Assembly (NCBI GenBank): GCA_040954595.2
Contig: CM082593.2
Coordinates: forward strand, 11,896,653-11,960,652
Length of the DNA: 64,000 nucleotides
DNA from: Balanoglossus misakiensis
Lineage: Eukaryota > Animalia > Hemichordata
Direction: 5' to 3'
The notes beneath the pieces were generated by a model. That model worked only from the letters and a program-made list of their open reading frames with translations. It was not told where the DNA came from and made no database searches. The position numbers and the translations under genes are program-made. Shown here piece by piece: positions 12,150 through 24,100 of this stretch. How positions within the stretch are numbered: the first letter of the stretch is position 1; the number at the start of each line of letters is the position of its first letter.

Positions 12150-12700
12150 TCACCACCTCATGCTGGGCGTAGCCATAGGCTATACATGCCTGCCGGTATC
12201 GAAGGCCATTATGAGTATTGGTACCAGACCCCTCTTGAGAATGAATCATGGTTCCACCCTTATGGTAAAAAGTAAGATTACTCCATGCTAATAAATAACA
12301 ATATTAGAATGAAAGTACATTCCAAGTGACTTGTTGGGAGTATCGGGCCACTTAATCCCGAAAAATTGCAATCAGCCTGATTTTCAGTTAACCAATCTAA
12401 AGCCCAACTTTTCGTGTATTTAGTTGGGTTTCTAAAACTAACAAATTTTTTGACAATATTTATGGCATGATGAACACTACTCTCATTAAATAAAATAATG
12501 TTGTGTCGTCCACAACAGGTGTAATTTTTATGTGTTTGGAATCGTAGACACCATTTATCTTTTAGTCAACTCTAAATCTAATATAACAGTCGCGAAAATT
12601 GCTATGACAAACAAAAAATGAAGTGCTGACAGGGGACACCCTTGTCAGATCCCTTTGGATGGAGAACATTTAGAGAAGACATTGCCATTTTTCAAACATC
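12150..12700 (-). mobile_element. Old L1/Tx1-type reverse transcriptase fragment
   Basis: Manual minus-strand translation gives KGI*QGCPLSALHFLFVIAIFA and downstream VDDTTLF, matching the GxRQGCPLS and (Y)ADDTT motifs. Heavily disrupted. Confidence 0.7.
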
Positions 12701-12879
12701 TAGTATGTGATTATACATAGTTTTAACCCTAACGCTGCCAAGTCAGTTTGATATCCAGGGTGCCTAGAATCCTGGCTCCCAGGCCTGTTAGGCTGCCAAG
12801 GGCGTGTTACGCAGTAGGGCCTATACAAGACCCTCAAACCAAACCAGAGCAAACCAGTACGATTTAGTACATTTAAGGG

Positions 12880-14838
12880 GGGTTTAGACTGCCAAGTGTG
12901 TCTAACATATGAGAGCCATGGCAAGACAGTCAAAATACGTTTAGGAAGAAAAAATGGCAAATACATACTTTAAGGCACTCTAAACAGGTATGACACCTAG
13001 TAGCATTAGGGTTAAAATATAGCTGCAAGCCAAAATGGTCATCTGAGGTCACCCGAAATTTGGGCAAAATTTTTTGACCCCATACTGGTCCAGGTCCATC
13101 AGAAACAAAACCTTCAGCCCTATTGGTTCGCCTGGAATTAGGTATGCACATAATTAATGAGTTAAGCAGTTGTACAGGTGACCTCAAAATTCGGCTTTTC
13201 ATTTTAGTCCCATCCCTGGAAATGCTAGGCTGTACCTGCTCTGGAGGCCGAGATATGAGAAAGTAGATCACCTGAGGTCACCCAAAATATTATGGAAAAA
13301 ATTGGACCCCACACTTGTCCATGTCCAACAGAAACAAAACCTCTAGCCCTATTGGTAAGCCTAGAATTAGGTATGCACATAATTAATTAGGTCAAAGGTC
13401 AAGGGGTAACAAGTACATGTGTATGCTTCATCCCACCAAATATGAAGTCTGTCGGTCTAATAGTAACGTACTTATGAGCATTTATGTTATATATAGTTCA
13501 AAGGTCACCGAGGTCACGAGACATTGCGGCGAAATGATTTGGTCCAATAGTTGTACCTGTCCACCAAAAATCAGCTCCCTATGTGTATTAGTTAGCGTAG
13601 AAGTAGATATGTGTTTTTCAAGGTGGGTCAAAGGTCAAGGGGTCACCCGAAATTTGGCTTCTCATTTCGGCCCCTTGGTCAGTCCCTGTTCACTCCATAA
13701 ATGGAGACGTGTTCTGCGCAACCGCAGTACGTGTAACCTCGTGAACTCAGATGTGCACATGCGTACAGCAGTCCCTGTTCACACCATAAATGGAGACGTG
13801 TTCTGCGCAACCACAGCTGGACCTGTGAAAGATTAAATCCGATCGACATATTTAGTTTCCGTATATTATATTGACCAATGCAGACTAAGTCTAATAGAAT
13901 TACTACATGTAGTATATCGTGTATAATACACACGTTTGGCAATATTGCACTTTGAGTGTTAGATGCAGACGTGTATACCCGATCTAAATTTCCGACCTAC
14001 ACATGTACATGTATCACTGTTCACATGTACATACACCGTAACTGCGTTCTGAAAATGACATGGTATTTTCAAAATGTTACCCCAGATTACCCCATCATGT
14101 GAGAGCCATGAAACTCACACCCATTGTCCAGCAGTAGTTAGTTGACTATCCTATTCACTCAAAACAAAAAGAACGGGTGTGAAAAAGTCACTAAAACAGC
14201 ATTGATACAGAGGTGTATAACACTGTCCATGATTTCAAGAGAAAAACATGAACACAGCCCAGTCACTGTATGTGGCGATATCTTTCTAAGTATTTCACTC
14301 AACTTGTACAGACGATGCCATGCTGTCTTCTGGAATGTGCTGGTAACGTCACACATCGAAACATATTGATGATGCCCTTCCCTGCGGCTCGGGCATCATC
14401 AATATTATTAAGGTCAAAGATCACCATCCCTTGTGCAGGCAAAAGATCATGATATTGCCCTCGCTAACATGTGTTATTATTTAAATACGATGTTGTCATA
14501 GCTTTACTATGCGGGTATAGTAAAGCCTATGCCTTGGTCCAGACCCCCCATGGTCAATGAAAAAATATGAAATATAATGATCAAAAATCTTCTTCTCAAA
14601 ATCGGCATACCCTAATTTGAAAATTTCGCCCTTATATGGTCATCAGGTCACTTGACTAATTTAACATTCACGGACGTACTTCACCAGATCTCATTGGCCT
14701 GCATCATTGTGCCATATTTGAGAATTGTAGGTTTAGCCGTTTTCAAGATCCTAGTGGCCGATGAAAGTGCCAAAGAAGAAGAAAAATGCCAGCAATACCA
14801 ATAGGGACCCCGCCCATAGAGGCTTGGGCCCCTAATAA
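12880..14838 (-). mobile_element. Helentron-like non-autonomous element(s), boundaries approximate
   Basis: Internal repeats of about 240 bp (ctgaggtcaccc...cagaaacaaaacct..agccctattggt..gcct.gaattaggtatgcacataattaat), ggtcaaaggtcaagggg motifs, and a terminal aatagggacccc...gggcccctaataa short inverted repeat. Confidence 0.5.
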
Positions 14839-15318
14839 GTTAGTTGTAAAGTTATTACTGAGCTTGAATTTCACTAGCGACTAAAAGTAAACAAAAACTG
14901 ATGGTCAAAGTATCACAAGCTTTATTTTGGTTTGATGTAGGATGTAATATGCTTATAGCACACTGCCAAATTAATGCCAACCAATAAGACCGGTAGGATA
15001 TGATCGAAAACCACACGTATTAATGTGTAAAAGGCCGAACTTCCCAATAAATTTGGGTAGCCGACTACAGACAGAGTCGAACCGATGCATGATCTGAAGT
15101 ATCAAGACACATGGACTATTATTTATTGTTTCAACAATTTGACTAAAGTTTATAATTTCCTATGGCAGTTTTTGCCAACAAGAACCAATGCCCGACCAAA
15201 CAAAATGGACATTTTCACATGATCTTTACTGAGGTCACAAGTTAGCCAAGCCCTCATACACGCGCTATTCGGACGTATCGGTGATCTGTTTATGTGTTTA
15301 GCTAAGGTGGTAAACTGT

Positions 15319-16178
15319 TCATCAATCAATCAATCAATCAAAAGGACTTATAGAGCACCAAACTCCACTGCAATAGTGTTCAATAGCGCTTTACAATGTA
15401 AAGTTACTGTAAATGGGCTCTGTTAAACAGATAAGTCTTGATGTGTTTCTTGAAACTGTCAAGGCTAGGTGACTAGCATACTTCTATTGGGACACTGTTC
15501 CAAATGAGTGGGACGATATACGAAAAAGCACGATCGCCGTACGTTTTCTTCTTACTCCATGGTACATGAAGTAGAAATTTGTCATTTGAACGAAGAAGTC
15601 TTGTTGAAGTTTTCAGATGGATTAAGTCAGAGATGTAAGCTGGTGCTGTGTTGTTTAATGCCTTATATGTCATAAGCAAGATCTTGTATTGGATTCTATA
15701 GTGTACAGGCAACCAATGTAAATCCATGAGAACAGGAGTAATATGATCCGTTTTACGGGTACGAGAAACGATCCTGGCTGCAGAATTCAGGGCATGCTGT
15801 AGCATGCATGATGATGGTAAACCACAGAGTAGTGCATTACAGTAGTTCAGTTTTGATGTGATTAGAGCATGAACCAGCATCTGGCAAACTTCCTTAGTGA
15901 GGTAACGGCGAATGTGGCTGATTTGACGCAGATGGAAGAAAATTGACTTGCAAATTGCATTAATGTGCTTATTGAAAGTGTAATTGTCGTCGAATGTCAC
16001 ACCTATATTCCGTGCAGAATTCACAATTTGAACACAACATGATCCAATGCTCATGTGGTTTATGGGACGAGGCGAGCGGTTGAACTGAGACCTTATCAGG
16101 AGTACCTCGGTTTTGCCACCATTGAGTTGAAGTTTATTATGTGTCATCCAGGTTTTTATTTCGTGAACTGCACTTTCC
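15319..16178 (-). mobile_element. L2/CR1-group LINE, 3' part of ORF2 with (TTGA)n tail
   Basis: ORF 15473-16147 ([47 protein letters not shown]). (tcaa)n tract at 15319-15340. Confidence 0.92.
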
Positions 16179-16463
16179 AGTTAAATATCGCAACTAGCCA
16201 TAATGTTTGACTGGGGGGAGCACCTATACTAATGCGAGAACCAGGGATTGAAAGTTGCACCTGTGTTTTGATCCCTTAGTTACCCTTATAAGTACATTTG
16301 TAGTTTAATAACCATAGTTCTATTGCAAACCATTCTTTCCGTAGTTTCTTGTTTCAAATATTGTAATCTGAATTTATTTTGGTGTTTAACAGGTGTGATT
16401 ATCTGTATTGGCGGCCATTTTGAAAAAAAATGGTTGACATGGAAACTCTTCAACAGATATTTA

Positions 16464-16890
16464 TAGTCTCGGTTACCCAGAGCCCTCTGCTTCTTCCGTT
16501 AGGCACTCCAGAAAGAGGGTCTGGGGAAACCCGGTAGACAAATCGCCGGGCGGAATCGGGACAGCTGCGATGCATGACGGGAGCTTAATATTCCAAAATG
16601 GCGACGTCCTGCGCGCGAACCTCACGGCCGACATGTATGTCATACGATAAAGAAAACATGCTGAGTAGTGCTAGACCTGCTAAAACTGTCTACAAATTGA
16701 AAAGAGAGAGAGAAGTTTGGTTAATAGTTTTCTAATATCGTCATATCATAATATCGTACCGAATATTAAGCTCCCGTCATGCATCGCAGCTGTCCCGATT
16801 CCGCCCGGCGATTTGTCTACCGGGTTTCCCCAGACCCTCTTTCTGGAGTGCCTAACGGAAGAAGCAGAGGGCTCTGGGTAACCGAGACTA
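16464..16890. mobile_element. Young MITE with perfect 130 bp TIRs and 10 bp TSD (AcademH-like)
   Basis: 16464-16593 is the exact reverse complement of 16761-16890. Ends are TAG...CTA. TSD cagatattta at 16454-16463 and 16891-16900. Empty site in copy 2 at about 34362-34371. Confidence 0.9.
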
Positions 16891-17512
16891 CAGATATTTA
16901 GTGACTCGCTATCTGAATTCGTTCAGTACACATTAACACACATCTGAGCCAAGTTTGGTGCTTTTATCACAAAATACACAATTGATATGAAAATTTGGGT
17001 TTTGGTGCTCCACTACATATTAAGTAACATGAAGGATGTACGTTCAGTAAAATTGAAAGTATTGTCATTTTTTTTAATTGTGGATTTTTTTATTCTCCTT
17101 TGTATGTATAATGAAAATCCGTAATAAAATATAGGGGTCACCGGGCTTGTTTTTGAAATACAGAGCCATGAATTTGGTCGATAATAGAAGAAATCTGCTG
17201 ACTCAGCATTTTTCACCAATGGTTTGTCTATGGGCAAAATTCTTAACGCAATTTATCTCAAAAAAGAGCGCGGTGACCCCTATATTTTATTTGACCAATG
17301 AATTTATATTTGCTGGACTGAGCTATGTGTAAAATTTCGTGAAAATGACAATAGTAGAAGTTTGTTTTCTGGCGATTATCAATGTAATCCTATGGGAAAA
17401 AGACCGGGCGCGCAGTGTTTCAAGTTTATGTTCTGCGCGTACATCCTTGATGAAGTTTGCTGGCTAAAGGGCTCTTAAACCTCCCTAATATTTGACGTCT
17501 TTACTCCTACAG

Positions 17513-18729
17513 GACTGCGCAGTTGGAAGTTACCGTTCAGCATGTTCTGAAGCATGCACGCTGTGTCCAAGGGTTTCATGTGTGGAACAGCCAGCCTCTC
17601 ATCACCAACACAATGCGGACAGGGATATTTTGCCAACAATGGAAGTATAGACTGTACGCCTTGTCCTGCCCTGGGTATAAGTGCCAATATGATGGTATGT
17701 CGGAGCCAGAGGTGTGTGAAGATGGATACTACACTAATATAAATGGTGAGTCCGCACTTAAAGTTTGGGCATTACTGTGTAATCTTCCACTTAGGCGGAC
17801 GATCATCTTATGTGCATGTGCCTAATTCTGTGCGTACAAACATTATGTCCAGTCCAAATATTCTGCCAATTTTACATCCAATGCATTCAAATAGTGGACT
17901 GCTTCGCTTTCATCCAGTTTTCATGTGCATCGTATAAGTAGACTTTTGTTTTGTCCCGTCTTTTCACTGAATTTGCTTTTTTCCAAATCTCCGACACAGA
18001 CTATGATCGTCACATTCTTGTCTGTTGTTAGAACAGCACACTGCCATATGGCATTGACTGTATACAGTTTCTGTTACGAATATCTCTGGTTTGGCATTTT
18101 CCTGTCCTCAATCTTTTGCCAGGGATTTATGTCTCCCCAACCCGCGTGAGAATCCCACGTCTTTGAAGGTATGACTGTGACTATAAGATTCTATAAATCT
18201 CTGTTTATTTTCAGCACAAACATCATGTGCTGATTGCCCAGCTGGTAACCATTGTCCAAATGGTAACACTGTGATTTTATGCTCGGCTGGTTATTACAGT
18301 TCGGCCTTGGACAAAGGATGTCTCGCTGTACCTCTTGCATAACAGGTAAACTTCTACCCACCCACCTTTATTTCCAACATCAAATTTGAATAGACCTCTA
18401 TTTATGAAAATAATTAAAATTTGCGCCAATTTTTTACAGTGGTATTCAAAGGTTAACTTGGTGTGTAAATTCTTTGTTTGATTTACAGATCAGCCGGTGC
18501 TGAACAGTGTACTATTTGTGAGCAAGGGTACGCCTGCACAGATCCCAGTGCATCGCAATTCAAGTGTACTAAGGGTTACGTGTCATTGGCTGGTGCAACA
18601 AACTGTACCAGATGTACAAATGGTAAGATTGTGGTACTTGTTCAGTTTGCTGTGTGATGAAACTGAGGGGTATGTGTGTATGCATGTATGTGTTTACAAC
18701 AGATTTTCAAGTCAGTGCGACTGGGGTTA

Positions 18730-18761
<32 letters not shown>

Positions 18762-19525
18762 TACAACAGATTATCAACTCAGTGCGAGATCTTGCGAGAC
18801 CCGGTTAGCCATGTGAGATCTCGCAGAGTCTTATGATATTCAGAAAATGGTTGATTAGAAATGACGTTTAATGTCCTCCAAAGAATTTTCTACATGCCTG
18901 TATACTTGTCTCAGAATTATGAAGTGAATCATCTCAAGTAATTTGTTATTTTAAATGACACTGTATCACAAATACTTCACTAAAAACCTCATTTTCTTTA
19001 ATCAGATGAAATAAGTGAGGAGCCTGCACGCACATCCCGTCTTCTGTGCCCTGCTGGACAATCGTGTTCAGATTCAATGTAAGATCCGCTTGACTGTAGC
19101 AATGGTGAATATGCTATGGAAGGCGACGGCACATGCACGCCTTGTCCAGCAGGATCCAAGTGTCCAACCATGTCACCCGTAGTTGATTGTTCAACAGTTA
19201 CTGGTAAGTTGGGCTGCAAATCACTCTTGTGACTTCCCTGTGTTATAGCTTGACATACACAGAAAATTAAACTGTTATGCTCATTGGAGTTGATATTGTG
19301 ATGCACTTTGAAAAACACAATGATTCCACTGAAGAGGTATTGTACAGTAACACCTGTGATTACGGACATCTCTCTAATAAGGGATCGTTGGACCAAACCA
19401 ATCGTTCTTTGAATTTTTTCTGTGATAGGTTCATACTCGCTAGGTTCGGCCACGTCCTTCTGGTTATGAATGCATAACTACAAGTGTCACACAGTGCGCT
19501 ACAGGGCAGTAAAGTGTTGAAGGAG
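17513..19525 (+). pseudogene. Cys-rich GCC2/GCC3 (ephrin-receptor-like, CPAG-type) repeat protein exons, disabled, copy 1
   Basis: AG/GT-bounded exons: 17513-17745 (DCAVGSY...CGQGYFANNGSIDCTPCP.GYKCQYDGMSEPEVCEDGYY, frameshifts), 18215-18345 (SCADCPAGNHCPNG..CSAGYYS), 18489-18622 (GAEQCTICEQGYACTDPSASQFKCTKGYVSLAGATNCTRC), 19006-19203 (CPAGQSCSD..*..CSNGEYAMEGDGTCTPCPAGSKCP, in-frame TAA), 19429-19525 (TAA). Confidence 0.8.
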
Positions 19526-19637
19526 GTAAGTCTTGAAATCTCTTTTCTTCTGGTCTCGATTTGAACATGGTTCCACAAGTTGTTTACATCACTTGTAGTT
19601 TTACATATTTTTTGAGTTCAACAGCTATGCTATACAT

Positions 19638-20294
19638 GGTGTCCTGAGAAGTCGACCAGTATGAGAAGTCGGTATCGGCCAGTACGAGAAGTCGGCCTGT
19701 GGGAGAGAACCCTGGTACTTTGTGTTATATATAACTGTTTCACTACGAAATGTTTCCTTGATGTACAGGAGCTGAGATATTTGTACAAATAGCCGATGAA
19801 TTTTAAAACTGTCTGTTCACTTTGCATGTACGTCACCGGGGTACGTCAACATCAGTCACCTGCACTTCTTGCGCTGCGCCAGTAGTCTGTTCCTCGTCAC
19901 GTTTGTTTGTTTGGTTTTGTCTCAAAGTATGAATATACACATACACCTTCTATGTATTTTAGTAGGCTTTGAAACAACTCCCTTTAATCAGAAATGTCAC
20001 AGGAATTTGGCGAACAACCTAAGCTCCTTACGCGGATACGGGGCTGGCGAACCGGTACGGATGCCAGACGCCATTATTTGAAATGACGCCATTGTGTTGT
20101 CAAGAATTTGGGAAATCCGTCCAAATGAAAATATTTAGTGCAATTATATTTTATTAAGTGTTGTTATATGTAATCTGGGTCATCACTGCACTATTCGGGT
20201 ACAAGTTCAACAACTGGCCGACTTCTCGTACTGGCCGACTTCTCATACGCGCGTACTGGCCGACTTCTAATCTGGCCGACTTCTCAAGTATTCC
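19638..20294. mobile_element. Non-autonomous foldback-type DNA transposon with subterminal inverted repeats
   Basis: Left arm repeats gagaagtcggccagt and right arm repeats actggccgacttctc. GG...CC ends are flanked by duplicated (c)tatacat. Other copies at 1-580 (left end outside the window) and 37735-38401. Confidence 0.75.
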
Positions 20295-21101
20295 TATACA
20301 TTAGTGAAAATTGGGGAAACTGGTGTTTTCAGACAACTTATGAAGTCCCTTTCGCAATATTAACTCTAAAACAGCGGGTGATTTCCTTTTAAAATTTAAC
20401 CAAATAAGCATACTTGGGGTCAACCATCTAGAGTTTTGAAAAAGTGCCCTTTATCTAGCACCTCTGTCAGATTTTGCCAGGCTCGTAGATTTTTGTAAAA
20501 TGGCCTCAAAAATAAGAATTTTGGGAGGTTTGTCATATTTTTTCACCATTGTAGAATCTAAATGTTCTGAATTATTTTATTTTTAGCAATTTTGAGATTG
20601 ATTCATGTTCGGTATGATAATCGCATGTCAATACAACTGTTACATTAAAGGAAAAGTTCAAATCCGCCTAAAACCACATTGCATTGGTACCTAGTTAAGT
20701 TGTCCTCACTTTTGACGCAAAATTTTGATGTGCAATGCACGTGTCTGTGAAATTGACGAATAAAAAAATTGTATACCAGTGCAAAATTAAAAACTCCCTG
20801 TGCAGCCTTCTTGGCAACTGCATGCTGGGAAAAGTACTCGGATGATGACAAAAAAGTTTTGGGGTTCCGTGTAGTGCTACCCCGGAATACAATGTTGGGT
20901 GCAGACTACAACTTTGGAAAAGAGATGCAGAATGTCATGTGATATAGTAGTGAAAACAAATACACGTTGGTTCACGTATTTCAGCTCTCAGCAATCAGGG
21001 TGCATTGAAAGGCCTTGATTGGTGTGATATTCACAATTGATGATTATAAATACTTGCAGTTGTATACTGTTTTATTTTGTAAATATTGTGTACATTTGCA
21101 G

Positions 21102-24100
21102 CAATGAATCCGTGCGAACACAAACCTTAACCCATGCCGGAATGCTGGTACTTGCCAAGCAATCCAGGGATCTTGGACAGGCGTCACATGTCAATGTGCT
21201 GGCTGCTACCTGGGCTTCACATGTGAAACACGTGAGTACAGTACTTTGTCATTTATTAAAAAATCTAAGTGCTGAGGTACATTGTAGTAATAATAGCAGG
21301 TGTAGTCATTATCATCATCATCATCATCATCATCTTTAAGTCAGTCAGTATGATCGGTAATAAAAACAGTAAAATCACCAGTATAAAAATATAACAGAGA
21401 AATAATGAACGTGTACTGGTGTTACCATAGGTAAGTGTTGTATAAAATTTTGAATTCCTGTCTTCCAGTTCCTAATCCATGCTTCAATAGTCCTTGTCTC
21501 AATGGAGGTACCTGCCAACAACAGGCAAATTCTTGTACTGCCACCATTGGCATGTGCACAGAGTGTTACTAGGGAACCAGGTGTGAGACAAGTAAGTTTG
21601 AATCTATAGCAGTTAATAATGATAATTATCATTTTTTATTATGATTTAAACTTCACTGATGTTGTACAAACACAAAAATAGAAGTATTAATAATAATAAT
21701 AATTTATTTGTATAGCGTCAGTATCCACAAAAAATGTGATCAATGACGCTTAAAGCAAAAGTACAATACAACAAATGGCTAAAAAACAGATTTAAAAAGT
21801 AAAGTTTTAACATTTGATTTAAAAACAGATAAGTCTGGTGCCTGGCGAATGGTGAGTGGAAGATTATTCCAAAGAATTGGAGCAGCAACAGTAAAAGCAC
21901 GATCACCATAACTCTTGGTGCGTGATCGAACAGGGCAGAGTTTGTACTGATCAGCTGACCTTAAATTGCGACACGGAACATATAGATTAGTCATGCTAGA
22001 AAGATAGATTGGACCAAGTTTATGAATGGATTTAAAAATGAGAACTAACATCTTAAAAACAATACGCTCTGTAACAGGTAGCCAGTGCAACTGATACAAA
22101 ATTGGAGTGATGTGACAGGTGATTGAACGAGTAACAATTAGAAAGGGACAGCAGCTTAGCTCTATTCCGTTTCCAAAGTGTTTGTTCTTTTAAACTACCT
22201 GTGCATTTTTTTTATTTATTCTGATTATGCTAATATGCTAATTTCTTGGTTTGTCACATCACAATTTTTGTAGGAAACTCACCCCTGGGAATTTTTTTCA
22301 GCCACTTACATACATTCATAATCACATGACATTGATGATCATGGAAAATTTGACCCTTTTCCTTGTAGGACTCAACCAGTGTCCACCAAATCCGTGCCAG
22401 AATGGTGGCTTCTGTCAACCGGCTCGAAATTCCTGCTTTGATCTCACCTGCATATGTACTGGTTGCTACAAAGGTGATAGGTGTGAGATATGTAAGTATA
22501 CAGCGCAGTCTCTTTTACCTTTTGTCTCTGATGCATTCAAATACTGCATGTTTCCTGAACATAGGTGTAGCCATCACCACAGCAGAGCTTGGAGCGTTCT
22601 TGACATCGAATGCAAGATTACACTCTTCCCAATCAAAATCACTTTCGTAGCGCATAATGTCTTGATTGTCTTAGTTCAAGAAACATTATGCGCGACTGGC
22701 CAATTTTACTGCCTTTTGTCAACACACATCCACTATGGAAATTCTCACTCCAGGCCAGATAGTGTAAATTTGCATATGAGTCTACAGGTATGCCTGAAGT
22801 CAAGTCAAGCATTTGCAAGGAACCCTCCTCCAGTACACAGGTCTTTGATTTCATGAAGGGAAGCCCTTGCCTTACAGTCACTGCCACATGATCTATGGAG
22901 GTGTGAACAACTTGATACCAGCCTAATATAAGTTGTAGGCACAATCACTCCACACACCCTTGCCATAATTCTGCAAGGTTTTTGCCATATCTGTACTGTA
23001 GAATGAGTAGCATAGAATAAAATGGCGTCCTTTCTTAATTTCCAGTGCAAAACCCCTGTGATCCCAACCCATGTATGAATGGTGGATTTTGCCAGCAAAC
23101 ATCGTGCAATTTCTATTCATGCCAGTGTGTGAACTCTTACACAGGTGACATCTGTCAAACCATAGACCCTAGAGAAAGAAGGACGAGCAACTGCGGCAAA
23201 GATCAAAGGGTTTGGGGATTATCTGTATGATGATGTTCTTTTGCATATAATTAACACCCAGGACAGTTGGACAATGACTTCCTTACTTCGGCACATGTCG
23301 ACCCCACCAGTGATGTGAAAACTTGCCACCAAACTGGCACTCCTGCATTTCAGCAGCCACTGCGTTTTTTTCTAAAATTCTAAAAGTATTACGATGTCTG
23401 TGCTAATTATTATGGTTTGGTGTTCGTCTGTCGGTTGAACGGTCATTTCTAGTGCCACAAGCTTCATTTAAAAATTGTAAACAAATCATCCATGTTTTTT
23501 GCATGTCCGACTGGGCACTCATATTTCTTGGTAACGCTGACACTTTTCGTAATAATTTTATGTTTGCGTGAAGCATTGAAACAAAAATTGTGGTTTAGGG
23601 GCATTTTATTTCGCAGTGCGTTAACAATAAAACAGATTTCACGAAAACAATTTGTAAACAAACTGGCTGGATTTTCATGTGTGCGCTATGCAAATACCCA
23701 CATGGTAAATTAAAACTGTTACAGGTGTATTTGATTTCCACATATGGATTACATGTGTGATAATATTGGGTGCTGGCAGTTTCAGTAAATGAACTGCTCT
23801 TAAAAGTTGGGCGTCAGGGCACCCTTGACTTTGCCTGTTCCAAGCTAGAATGGTCTGTCCATATGAATATTTCTTCAGCAAGTTACAAGCAATCTTTTTA
23901 GTTTTGAATTAATAAATAGTGAAATGACTTGTGATGTTAATATGCAATTGTTGGTTGATTTACATGCATCTCCAGGACTCGGTCAATGTTCTCCCAATCT
24001 GTGCATGAACAACGGTATCTGTGAGCCAATCAGTAGATCGTGCAGTGCGTTTACCTGTCGCTGTCAAGGCTGTTTCATTGGAATCACCTGTGACCAAGGT

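Larger units (their letters stand above)
1..19714 (+). repeat. Tandem segmental duplication, copy 1 (19,714 bp period; register set by the window start)
   Basis: Sequence at 1 (gtactttgtgttatatataactg) recurs at 19715 and 37812. The ORF track repeats with a 19,714 offset (e.g. 2537 vs 22251, 4210 vs 23924). Confidence 0.97.

Noticed and set aside
16180-17410. Possible older DNA-transposon fragments (ccaagtttggtgcttttatcac...ctccacta end; inverted aaaatataggggtcaccg / cggtgacccctatatttt pair)
   Set aside because: These are probably repeat-derived, but matching termini and TSDs could not be defined, so they are not reported as features.
18998-19453. 151-aa minus-strand ORF
   Set aside because: It is the antisense shadow of the + strand Cys-rich exon (PAGQGVHVP is the reverse reading of CTPCPAG).
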